A stretch of DNA of 64,000 bases. Origin: Podarcis erhardii. Taxonomy: Eukaryota. The stretch lies in NCBI GenBank assembly GCA_964252035.1, contig OZ176207.1; one strand, written 5' to 3'. The translations under genes were made by a program, and so were the position numbers. The stretch's first letter is position 1, and each line of letters opens with the position of its first letter. The notes beneath the pieces are model-generated. The model had not been told where the DNA came from and searched no databases. It worked only from the letters and a program-made list of their open reading frames with translations. This document shows, piece by piece, positions 13,218-24,930 of the stretch.

Positions 13218-13969
13218 TTTTGTTCTTATTTTTATCATGTATTTTGTGTTTTTGTATTGTGATTTTGTGTTGTGGACCACCCTGAGATCTCTGGGTATCT
13301 ACAATGAGGGAAAATAGTCCTAAAAGGAAGGATGGTGGCAGGACCACGCATACCCATAGAAATATTCCACCCACACCCTGTTTTCAGAGAGCGTTCTGCA
13401 CTTTTAATGTCCCTCATAATGCCTGTTTCCCCATGGAGGAAGCCTGGGTACAAACCATGCTGAAGTCCCTCTTGTCTACAAGGCACCATAGTACTGGTAT
13501 TTTGATCTTTTGATAAAGAGCAGTATAAATAGATAGAGAGATAGATAGATAAATGTCACCTGTACTGTGACATCTTTATCGCACAACTCTGTGCTACAGT
13601 TTATTGTAGTTAGCTGTAATTGCACTGGAAGTGGGTGATATTTTCTTGGTAGGTTCATCTGAAAGATGCACAAAGCAGGTTGTCCAAGAACATCATAATC
13701 TTGACAACAAAGCTGTTTTTCATTTGTTCAATTAATTCAGCGCCTTTGGAATAGAATATGGCTTAATCTTTTTTCAGTGCTGTGTGTCCGGAGATCTTTT
13801 TTAGAAAAAGAAAAAGAAAAAGTGGAGCTGTGCATACTTTTTCTAGTCCTAAATGTTTCCAAATCATTCATAAATCAGATTGCACAAATTAGAATAGACT
13901 TAAAAGCTGGATTTTCATTTGTCAGTGCATATAGTAACTGCACTTCAGGACTTTAAAAATCATCTCTTA

Positions 13970-14228
13970 TGGACTTAAAAAAGCAAAATAAAAAAATTCC
14001 TTCCAGTAGCACCTTGAAGACCAACTAAGTTAGTTCTTGGTATGAGCTTTCGTGTGCATGCACACTTCTTCAGATACACATGCATGCACACGAAATGCAT
14101 GCACACGAAAGCTCATACCAAGAACTAACTTAGTTGGTCTTCAAGGTGCTACTGGAAGGAATTTTTTTATTTTGCTTTGACTATGGCAGACCAACACGGC
14201 TACCTATCTGTAACTGGACTTAAAAAAG
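13970..14228. mobile_element. Penelope-like retroelement end with inverted 5' segment
   Basis: Perfect 83-bp inverted repeat 13980-14062 / 14096-14178. The + arm continues to the terminus GGCTACCTATCTGTAAC, shared with the 21677 copy. 14-bp direct repeat TGGACTTAAAAAAG at 13970-13983 and 14215-14228 (TSD). Confidence 0.85.
14040..14077 (-). ncRNA. Minimal type I hammerhead ribozyme motif of the Penelope-like element (intact, antisense to ZNF521)
   Basis: - strand reads GUAU CUGAAGA A GUGUGC AU GCACAC GAA AGCU C^AUAC: stem I GUAU/AUAC, core CUGANGA...GAAA, stem II 6 bp, palindromic AGCU stem III, UC cleavage site. Confidence 0.8.
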
Positions 14229-15359
14229 ATTTATCTTATCTTTATTACACACATTTCCCAAAACTCTGTTGCAGGAACTGCCACAACTTACAATGCCACT
14301 AGAACCAACCTGTTCACAGGTAAAAGTGAACTGCTCTGTGAATCTTTTAATTCTTAAGGATGAAGCCATTCTGCAAAGAAATGTGATGAATGACAAGGGG
14401 AGAAGGTCATTGGAAAGAAGCCATTGGTCCTCAGAAATAGGGAATAAAGATCTTTTCTGGCTGGGAAGCTGTCTTTATACAGTCCAAGCACAAATTTAGA
14501 AGAAAGCAATTTCACTACCGCATGATAGCTTTAATTCAGTGATTTTAGTTATCATCTAGGTACATATTTTATTAGTGAAAATAAAAGCATTGTCACCAAT
14601 GTGATATACAAATTGATGCTTATTTGGAAACTATTTAGGGATAAAAGTAAACAAAGGTTATTGTATAAATACAGGGTGTTACACATTACATGTTTAGAAG
14701 CTGGCAGTTCTAAGCAGTCGGAAACATTATAATTTCAGCAAAGAGAATGATAATGTTAATTCAGTGCCAAGACAGTCTGTAGCAATTCATCAACATTCTA
14801 TTCAGAAAAAAATCAGATTCTTGCCAAAAAATATTATGAACATGGATAAATAGGCTTTTTAAAATAATTAGACATATTCAAGGAGCATAGATGTATTAGT
14901 GGCTGTTAGCCATTATATTTAGACAAGAACCTCACATTTGCAGACATTGTATCTCAGGCTAATAGAAAGGATAAAGGATAAATAACTACTGGTGTTAGAT
15001 CTATGGTTAACATACTCAGAGGCTAAGAACGTAAAGCAAAGGTAACCCTCAGCTTGTGGGGCATATCCGACCCACAAAGCTATTTCCAGTGGGTCCCTTC
15101 CCAAACAATTTGGCAGGCTTTTATATACAGTAAGACTGCAATGTACGCAGGGGTTATTTTCTGGGGATGGCGTCTTAAAATTGTGTATAGTCAAAATACA
15201 TTGGGTGCAATGGTGGGTGAGATTGCCAACATTTTCCCCACCTGGTTGGCTGCCTCCTTAAAATAAAATTACCAAGCACATAAACCTGAATATGCACATG
15301 TTAAATTTGCATAAGTTCCAAGTGTATTTTAGTGTATATATTGTGTGTGCTGAGCAGTA

Positions 15360-15715
15360 AAGGTAAAGGTAAAGGGACCCCTGACCATTAGGTCCAGTCG
15401 TGGCTGACTCTGGGGTTGCGGCGCTCATCTCGCTTTATTGGCCGTGGGAGCCGGCGTAAAGCTTCCAGGTCATGTAGCCAGCATAACTAAGCCGCTTCTG
15501 GCAAACCAGAGCAGCGCACGGAAACGGCATTTACCTTCCTGCTGGAGTGGTACCTATTTATCTACTTGCACTTTGACGTGCTTTTGAACTGCTAGGTTGG
15601 CAGGAGCAGGGACCGAGCAACGGGAGCTCACCCTGTCATGGGGATTTGAACTGCCAACCTTCTGATCAGCAAGTCCTAGGCTCTGTGGTTTAACCCACAG
15701 CGCCACACGTGTCCC
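15360..15715 (-). mobile_element. Sauria SINE, full length
   Basis: (AAAGGT)n tail on the left, tRNA-like head on the right. 14-bp TSD TGTGCTGAGCAGTA at 15346-15359 and 15718-15731. Confidence 0.93.
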
Positions 15716-16334
15716 TATGTGCTGAGCAGTAGGTAGTGCTATTGAGCCCCATCATTGTTCTGGAGAGGTTTCAACTATTCCGCCCAGACCAGCATGCCAA
15801 TGTGGATGTCAGTCTTCCCTGCCTCATTATTTTTTGGTTGGGCACCTCTTTTTTCCCTTGCAAAAGGGACACATGGTGCCATTGTTAGAAGGTGCTGGAA
15901 GGGCTTAGGAACTAGAAGGAAGCACTACTTCCTGTCTCCTCTCTAATACCTAGCAATGGTGCTTGGTCAGAGGGAGTTTGCAAAACTAAAGAGGCTTTAT
16001 TTCTTCTGCCCAGGTGTGGGAGCTTATGGATTTTGTGGCTGTGCAGAGCAGATTTTGCAACTTCTAGAATGTGTTGTCATAGGACACCTCACCCTTCCTA
16101 CTCATTTCCGTTTTGACCACAACAGTGGTAGCATCTCTACAAATTTGAACTACGAATTTTCTTCCATTTCCCCCCTTCAGTATCCACCTCTCTTCTCCAG
16201 TACTTTTCATTTTATTTATATTTATAATTGTTTTGTTTTGTGTTACTTTTGTTGTTAACTCCCCACCAGTGGGCACCTTTGCCATTCTTCAGCGGGAAGC
16301 AGTGGCATAATAGGCACTTTCTCAAAAGCATTTT

Positions 16335-16400
16335 ACTGCAGCGAGCTGCCCCGAGTGGCTGGGGCAACCCAATTGGATGGTCAGCATAATTGATCATCAT
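16335..16400 (+). mobile_element. L2-type 3' terminal fragment
   Basis: GCTGCCCCGAGTGGCTGGGGCAACCCAATTGGATGG, complementary to about 12950-12990. Confidence 0.5.
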
Positions 16401-17266
16401 CACCACCGTCTCCCAGTGATGTACATGATCACTGCCTCCTCTGCCTTGGGAGGATTTTGTAGGAATCCCATCCCATTGCTGCTGGTTCATTGGACAGGGA
16501 TTCCAAAAATCACTTGCAACAGTGGCATTTATATGTTTATTTGAGTTATATCCTGTACCTTTAACATAAATTTATGTCCCTAGTCTAGGTTACTGAGTTC
16601 TAAGAAATAAAACTGTGCAATTTACTATAAAGCAGACAAACTAATACAGAAAATTCAAATAAACTGAAACAGCAATAGCTGATTCACATGGTGGGGAGGC
16701 GGCCTGGTAAAACTACAATGGTTTTGCCTGGCTTCTAAATGGGAATAATGAGGGCTCCATGCAGTCTTCCTTGAGGAGAGAATACCAGTACAAAAAAGGT
16801 TCTCCAATCACCGCTACACACTACACTTTAGATAGCAAGGGCACATGGAGAAAGTGTCAGATGACAATCTCAGTGGACAGATAAAGGAGAAGGTGGTTCT
16901 ACAGATAGCAGGGTCTTAAGCCACACAGGGCTTTAAAGGTTAAGACTAGCCCTTGGTTTGGAAACTTAATGGGGCCCAATGGAGTTGCTTCAATACAGGC
17001 CAAGATGCGATCTCTGTTAGCAAGCTTGCTTCCCTGTCCAGGATTTCTGAACTATCTTCAAAGGCAGCCCCATGTACAAGAACATTGCAGTATCCAACTT
17101 TGTAGAAACCAAGACATGAATAATGGTGGCTAAGATATCTCTGTGCAGGAAAATTGTGGTGTCAACTAAAAGAAGTTCTATCACACCACTGAGGCTACTT
17201 GGGTAGATAAAGGGAAATTTATTAGCATTCCTGATAGCACACCTGATACTTTAGAAAGGGCTGGAG

Positions 17267-17370
17267 AAACCGTGACCATTCAGATGCTGGACTGTAGCAC
17301 TCATCATCCCTGATCATTGGCCATGCTGACTGGGACAGATGTAAGTAGGAATTCCAACAACATCTGAAAG
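17267..17370. mobile_element. Degraded copy of the palindromic hAT-like MITE inside the L2
   Basis: CAGATGCTGGACTGTAGCACTCATCATCCCTGATCATTGG...CCAACAACATCTG resembles the 30225 family. Confidence 0.5.
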
Positions 17371-17500
17371 CTTGGGTTCTCCATCTCTTCTTTCAAGAGA
17401 GGATAGTTTCTTTCATAATTGAATGAGCACCACCTTCTGTATGCAAACAGTATCTCTGTCTTATCAGGACTGAGTTTAATTTATCAACGCTCATTCAGTA

Positions 17501-17726
17501 CAGTGGTACCTCGGGTTACATACACTTCAGGTTACACACTCCGCTAACCCAGAAATAGTGCTTCAGGTTAAGAACTTTACTGCAGGATAAGAACAGAAAT
17601 CATCCTCTGGCGGCGCAGCGGCAGCAGGAGGCCCCGTTAGCTAAAGTGGTGCTTCAGGTTAAGAAAAGTTTCAGGTTAAGAACAGACCTCCGGAAAGAAT
17701 TAAGTACTTAACCCGATGTACCACTG
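17501..17726. mobile_element. Tigger/pogo-like MITE, family A, copy 2 (opposite orientation to copy 1)
   Basis: CAGTGGTACCTCGGGTTA ... TAACCCGATGTACCACTG, TA flanks at 17499-17500 and 17727-17728. Confidence 0.9.
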
Positions 17727-20700
17727 TACATTATTGTTCCCAAAGACCAGATGTATAGTTGAAAACCTCGCAAAGCTGGGTGTTATCAGCATAGCAATGA
17801 TTTCCAAATCCATATCCTCTGATAACTTTATTCAGTGGTTTCATATAAAATGTTGAGCAACATGGGAGACAGAATGGATCCATGAAGGACTACATGTCAT
17901 AAATGCCCCCACATTGAACTTTCTGGATGCCACCCTCCAACTAGAAGTGGGACCACTGAAAAATGATGTCTCCACCCCCCAAATAAGGGAGCTTATCTGG
18001 AAGAGTATCCTGGCCAATGGAACCAAACACTGCTGAGAGATCCAGTAGACTAAAAAGAGTTGCATTCCTTCCCTTCAGTACAGGTGATCCAATATGAGCG
18101 AATGGGGCAGCTTCAGTTCCAAATTTGGGCTGGAATGCAAATTGAAATGGATCCAGAGAATCAGGTTTATCCAATCATACTTAAAGTTGGATGGCAACCA
18201 CTCAATTCAACCTTGCCCAAGTCAGGGATATTGATGTCTGACATGTAGTTCTTTCAATCTTCTGAGTCCAAGGAGGCTTTCTTCAGGATTGGTCTTACCA
18301 CTGCTTTGTTCAAGAGCGTCAGGACCCAGTTTGTAAGACCATCCCTGCTAAATTCAATGATTCATGAAGGGATTGTGTGACCTTTCAGCAGGGGATACTT
18401 AGGCCAACATCCCAAAAGCCTTATGGGCAGCACGACTCTACCTTGGTTCTGTCCATATTGTTATTGATGGTGTAATCCATTTCTGCAAATTGAGCAGTTA
18501 TCAGTGCTATGGTGGTCTCTTGTAGCCTAATTTTAACACTGCCCTACATAACCTCACCTTTGTTATCTGGTGTGACTGTAAATATCTCTGTATTGATGAC
18601 CTCAATATTGATGTTGGATCCAGAACACTCTGTGGAGGCCTTTCTGCCAATACCTGGCTAAGATAATGAACTGGTTTGTTAGGCCCAGAAACTCAGAAAA
18701 AAATAAGCTACTTCTAAGAAGCCAAAGAAGAGAAAGAAAATTGGTGAAATTGGGATAAGCTAATATCTTAGGACCCGTCAGTTAAGACTTCTGACTCTGC
18801 TTGTACCTAATGCTCAGGCTCACCCCTTACCTATTTTGGAGAAGTCAAAGCAACCATTTCCCATTTTGGCACCTGGTCTGGGACAGGATTCTCTAGACCA
18901 GGACACTGGCCTCTGAAGGGAAGATCGGGTCCATGCTGAAAATGGAAGGTAGTTAATACTTGCATGTACTCTGGTCCTGACAAAAATCACACACCCTGAA
19001 GCTACTGTTTAGCTTCCTTGTGCAGAAGACATGGAAACCCCTAAAGAGGGGATTTCAGTGTTTGATAGAACCAAATGCCTCCTATCTGCCAGCTCTTTCT
19101 GGTTCTCACATGGAAGAGCTTACTTCATGTCCAGGACAAGATAACAGACTGCAGCCTCTTATTGGATGTGAATGCTCACCTGGGCCTCTCCTGCCACTCC
19201 TGCACTTGAAAACAGAAGACTTTGCCACTTCTAGTTTACCTGAATATATTTTGAGGAATGGAATTACAAATCTGTTGGCTTGGAAAGGCTATCACAGTTA
19301 CCTGGTATGAGAGTAAGCATATACAGGCATTAACCATACTGTAGACTGAATTATCAATAGAATAGAACGTAACAAAGAATACAGCCACCATGTCACACTA
19401 ATTTTCTTAACTTTACTCTTTGGCATATCATTGGAAGATTACAGGTACGTGTTACGTATATACACATAGTCTTTTGGGAATGTAGATAGTTAAGCCTTTG
19501 ATGGTAACAATACATTATTCTATAAAATGCAGTACATCTGCATTACTATATCTAGAATGTTGCCTGAATATTGTCAACCATCTCCCCCCCCCCCAATGTA
19601 TTTCATGATACTTACATCTGGTTGAAAGTTGTGAAACTGCTCCAATAAAAAAGGAAGGTTTTTTAAAAAGCATAGCGATTGTTTATCATTGCAAACACAT
19701 TAATGTTACCTCACTATGTTTACTATGCAAATATTGGTATGATATATACTCTCCCCCGCCCTCACCCAAAAAAAGCCCCACATCTTGTAACTTGTGTTCT
19801 CGGGGGGGGGGGTGGAATCCCACACCAGGAACAGAACACTTAGAAACAAACTAGTTCCCTCCACGGGGCAGTACAGGATGATATGAAAACAAGCATATGT
19901 TGACAGTTAGGAAACAAAAGCCAAGTATTCACAATAATAAAAAGTCAGGGAGTGTATAAGCTTTCAGCAGCCATTCCACTCTCTAAATAGCAAAGCCAGT
20001 AGCATATCACCAGCAGCACTATGACTACTGTTTAATGCCAACAGTGTCCTAGACCTCTTACAGAATATAGAAAGCCCTAAGGGCTATCAGTGTGCATACT
20101 ACTACCCGAAGAGTTTGAAGTCCAGACTGAAATAGAACAAACCCTGGAAAAAAAAACCATCCAAGAGCTTGTTTTAATGAGCACATGTCTAAAGTAGCAG
20201 CGGGAATTGTGAAACACTCCGTATGTAGCCTAACTCTGTTTTCAGACTTGCATAGACTTAGCAGTGGTTAACTGTAGCATTTCCTTCCATAGTTTTTGCT
20301 CAAGAAGATCAAAAGAGTAACACCTACTTCCAATGTAGCTCAAAATGACCTGTGTTCTCAGTCTTACTTTGGCAGCTGTTTGCACTTAGGTACCATTTGA
20401 TATTTGAGGTTCCTGTCACCACACCTTAATTCAATAGAAGATTGAGCCTATTCAGTGTTGGGCCTCTCAGTGTGTTGTTTTATATATATATAAATTAAGA
20501 TTTTTTCTGTTTTCTGTGTATGGTACTCAACTAAGCTTTTCCTCAGAGTACACCCACTGGAATTAATGGACCTTAATTAGCCAAGATCATTCATTTCCGT
20601 AAGTCTTCTCTGATACCACCCTATATCTTTATTTGCCCATAGGTCTAACCCTTACCATATTGTCCTTTGCAGCATGGGAGGTGCTAAGCTGTGCTCCTTC

Positions 20701-21667
20701 CTGCTCTCTGAAGGTAACATTAGAAGCTCAGGTCAGATGTGAGGGGCATATACTGTCATTCCTCCCCACGCCTGTGTCACCTCAGTTTCCGGAGCCTGTT
20801 GGAAGGAAAGAAGCCATGCACCCAGCGAATTCTGAGCATGGGGCTCTACCACTGTTATTTATGCAATTGTTAGTGCTAGATTCCCACCACTGCAAAGTAC
20901 TTCTAAATGAGCTTCACTTGAAATAGATCCAGAGGCGAAAACAGGTGCAGAATGTGGCTGTTCTCTCTCAAGATAGGAGCAAGCAGGATATTTGGAATCT
21001 GATATGTCAGAAAATACAATTCAAAGCCTCAGAGTATTAAGCCTTTCAAATGCTAGGCCCATGTTTGTGCTCAGTGGGCTCCTGCTGTTTGTCCCTTCCT
21101 GGTAGCTGCTGTCAGCTGGGTCAAATCTGGTCTGATCAGGAACAGGCCAGGGGCAAATTTTTCTTGTTCTCAGTTGCGTAGCTCCCTCCCTGAGGTGAGC
21201 TGCCAGAGCCCCTTGCTGGCTGCCTCCAAGGCATGCTCCAAGTCCTGTTTATTTCAGTTGGCCTACCCTTCACTGCTTTATGGGCTCCCTTTGCTTTTGC
21301 ATCTGCTACCCTTTTGTCCTGTTCCCCCCCCCCCCTTTTCCTCAAACTGGTTTGCAAAATGGGATTTGTATTTGGGTGGGGAGAGTTAGGAAGCTGTTGT
21401 AAATCTGTGTTCCACAAGGGTAGCCGGTTTGTTTAGTACTCTGGGGCTGCATTAGAAATGTCCAGTGCTGGAGGGCCACTCTTAATTTTCACATTTACAT
21501 TGCCCATTATTAATGTAATATGCATATCTTATTCATGTGAATAACTATGAGCTTAATACACAGCAGTTGCTGAAAACATATTAAAATTGGGCTTGCTTTT
21601 TGCCTGAATCCCAATACCTTGTTCTCTTCACAACTCGCCATCATATCTTCAGATTTACCTATGCAAC

Positions 21668-21845
21668 CTAAAACATCTGAAGAAGTGTGCATGCACACGA
21701 AAAACATCTGAAGAAGTGTGCATGCACACGAAAGCTCATACCTAGAACTAACTCAGTTGGTCTTTAAGGTGCTACTGGAAGGAATTTTTTTATTTTGTTT
21801 TGACCATGGCAGACCAACACGGCTACCTATCTGTAACTAAAACAT
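21668..21845 (+). mobile_element. Penelope-like element 3' end, 5'-truncated at the hammerhead, with a 31-nt tandem duplication of the ribozyme core
   Basis: Homologous to 14096-14214 and ends GGCTACCTATCTGTAAC. 9-bp TSD CTAAAACAT at 21668-21676 and 21837-21845. AAAACATCTGAAGAAGTGTGCATGCACACGA x2 at 21670-21700 and 21701-21731. Confidence 0.85.
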
Positions 21846-22458
21846 AGAATTAGTGTTTCCTTCACAGAAGTAACAACTTGGTGTATTTAGCAGTTCCTTG
21901 ATGTGTGCAATCGTAGCAAAAGCACACATTTTGTATTTCCTACATGGATAGTGTTGCCATATTTCAAAAAGTAGAAGCCAGGACACCCTGAAAGTTGTTG
22001 AGCTTCTTTTGGAAAGACCTTAAAATTGTTTTTTTTAAGGGAAAATGACAAATGAAAGTTGATTTTTCAGGGTCTCTAAGCCTCACCTAAATGTCTTGCA
22101 GCAACAAGCACCCCAAAATGGTTTACTGCGTTACCTTTAATTTTTCTGATTTTTGATTTTCTGCTTCTTCTTTTTAACTTTTTGTTGCAATGTTTCATGT
22201 TTTTATTTGTATTTTTTAAAGATCCTATACATGTAGGATCAGGGCAGGATTCAACTAATGAGTCCTGTCAGTGGAAGCCTGTGCCAGGCCTTCCACTTGT
22301 GCAGTGCAGCTTTCTCCATCTTCTCTCCCCACAGAATTGGCTCAGGAGAACCAGCAGAACAGCTTGCAGTTGTGGAAGAGGGTGGGTTGTTCTGCCCTGA
22401 CAGAACAATCACCATATCATAATATGGAATTCCTCCCCCAGTGTCTTAAAAGAGACTA

Positions 22459-22675
22459 CAGTGGTACCTTGGGTTACAGATGCTTCAGGTTACAGACTCC
22501 ACTAACCAGAAATAGTACCTCGGGTTAAGAACTTTGCTTCAGGATGATAACAGAAATTGTGCGGCGGCAGCAGCGAGAGGCCCCGTTAGCTAAAGCGGTG
22601 CTTCAGGTTAAGAACAGTTTCAAGTTAAGAATGGACCTCCAGAACGAATTAAGTTCTTAACCCGAGGTACCACTG
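22459..22675. mobile_element. Tigger/pogo-like MITE, family A, copy 3
   Basis: TIRs CAGTGGTACCTTGGGTTA / TAACCCGAGGTACCACTG with TA flanks. Confidence 0.9.
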
Positions 22676-23558
22676 TACTAGTTGATATTAGTTCTCTTTT
22701 AAACTAAATTCACTTCCAGGGCCTAACTGCAGTTGCAGTTTCAAATGACCGTGGAGAAGTGTAGGGCATGGCCATGCAATGAGATAAAACTGGAAAAAAT
22801 ACTTAAAGAGTATTTTAGTCATATGCAGATACAGGTAAGCACACACTTCACTGCTTGACAAAATCAGATTAGTTCATCCTACAGTGAGATCTATAAACCT
22901 GCAACTGAAAAACACAAAATGTGATGTTCTATGCCCTCGTCCATCAAGTATGCATTTCATTGTTCCAGTTAGAGTGAATGCCCATATCCCTCAAGCTGTT
23001 GTTTAAAAAAGTAGCTCCACAGCATACCATATAGTCAATAAGAAATACAACCTTTGCTTTACCTAATAGGCAAACTGTTATTTAGTTTCAGCAATAGATC
23101 AAGCATTTGGACGCTGCTGTGGGGAATGGTGAAGTCCAGTATCAACAAAACACAATTCAGAATGAGTGCAGAGTCAGGAAATTTTGTACAACAGATAATA
23201 AAATAGTGGAAACAAGGAAGGATTAATATTACATGATTCTTCTGACAAGGCAGCTACAGTCAAATCCACTACAGACCTGTGAGGCAGGATAAAAAAGCTC
23301 AGGAAATAAGGTTAGTACCATTGTCATGTGGTGGTCTGCCAACTGACCACTTTAATTGAATTTAGGTAAAGTATATAAATATGATCCTAAACAATAATAT
23401 GTTTTAAGTTGTTAAGTTGCTGCTAGTTTGTCTTCTGATTTGGATGTAAGCACCCAATTCCTATGATCCAGTACCTATTTTAGGGGTGATTCGGTTCTCT
23501 TTTGTTCACCTTTGGGATTATTTTGGATTCTCTTCAGCTTTGGTATTATGTGTTAAAC

Positions 23559-23689
23559 CATCCTTCCGCAATCTGGTGTCCTCCAGATGTTTTGGACTAC
23601 AACACCCATCAGCCCTAGTCAGCATTGTTAGTAGATCATGGGAGTTGTAGTCCAATGAGAGCTGGAGGGTACTGTGTTGCAGAAGGCTA
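23559..23689. mobile_element. Palindromic hAT-like MITE (degraded)
   Basis: Internal inverted arms GGACTACAACACCCAT / ATGGGAGTTGTAGTCC. Termini CATCCTTC / GAAGGCTA. No clear TSD. Confidence 0.6.
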
Positions 23690-23966
23690 GATTAATGCAT
23701 AATTTCAAACTATATATTAATCTGACCACAGTCTTTCAGTTTTTGGATAGGCCTTTGTAGTACCAGGGGATGGTACTGTTGTCATACCCCGCCCCCACTT
23801 TGTATATACCAGGTTCCTAAGACTCCTAGAAATTAGATATCATCAATCATGGCAAATTGCAATTTTAAAATATTATTAAAAATGTGGCAATTACATCAGC
23901 CTGGCCTTGTGAAACAGTAAAGTTATTAATCAGTTGAATAATCCACATTAATCAGCACTGTCTAGC

Positions 23967-23970
<4 letters not shown>

Positions 23971-24008
<38 letters not shown>
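23971..24008. repeat. (CA)19 microsatellite
   Basis: Direct reading. Confidence 0.98.
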
Positions 24009-24011
<3 letters not shown>

Positions 24012-24742
24012 CAGTGTGATGAACCAAGCCATCTTCAAATGAAACAAGTCTGCTTGGTATTTGAGAAGTGATAATGGAAGAGAAAATTATTAAGGAAGGC
24101 TGCAGAAGTGTCTCAAAATAATAGCTTTAAATGACACAACGTCATAGTCCATGAGTTCATATCCTGATCATTATCTCTGGAAAAATTTTTCTTGTGTGTT
24201 CAGTTTCCTCCCAAATTAGCCAAAAGCAGTGGGTGGGTGGAGTCTCCATTACAACAAGGTGACCTGGTTTACATGTCATTCTCAATATCCCTCCAATACC
24301 CAGGTGATTATAGACAGTATTGGCAAATTTGTAGCTAAACTCTAAATATTAGTAATGACGTTTGGTTTAAAATGAAAATGAAACTAAAATGGCAACAATT
24401 TTGTGAACTGGGGAAAAGTCAGCATATTAAAAGGCCCACACAAAAACCATAGTGCAGTGCCAGCAACCATCTTGTGCCAGCTGATTTAAATGAATAATTT
24501 GGGACAGGCAGGATCACTGAAGCAAGGAAAAGATTGTGCAGGGAATGAAACAATGATTAGATACCAAATATGTATTTTAAATTAAAAACGGCAAGTGACA
24601 CATATTTATTGATAATTACAAGAAAAACAAAATACCAAGTATTAGAATACTCACCCGGGGGGGGGGGTGTCAGAATGCACTTGTATATAAATTTCTTATA
24701 TTTTGTGTAATGCAAAACATATGAACATAAAGTGTTATATAT

Positions 24743-24930
24743 TCAACAAAGTAATTGTGCTTGTGGAATGACTTCTCTCTCCCAACAGAACCTCCCTCCC
24801 CTTGTGAATCCCATTCTACTCCAGAGGTGTGGAAGGAATCCCCTAGAGCAGATTTAAAGGGGGCAAGGAGAGGGGGCTGAGTTCAACTGCACAAATGGAA
24901 GTTGTTCCACAAGCACAATTACTTTGTTGA
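24743..24930. repeat. Fold-back element with 33-bp inverted arms (MITE-like)
   Basis: TCAACAAAGTAATTGTGCTTGTGGAATGACTTC (24743-24775) versus 24898-24930 reverse-complemented: 31/33 identical. Confidence 0.8.

Larger units (their letters stand above)
16530..18450 (-). mobile_element. 5'-truncated, degraded L2 LINE (RT domain plus 3' end) with nested insertions
   Basis: - strand remnants LNKAVVRPILKKASLDSED*KNYMSDINIPDLGKV and SLDPFQFAFQPKFGTEAA...LLDLSAVFGSI correspond to L2 RT motifs (LDPxQSGFRxxHSTETAL, LLDLSAAFDT). Interrupted by elements at about 17267-17370 and 17501-17726. Confidence 0.8.
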
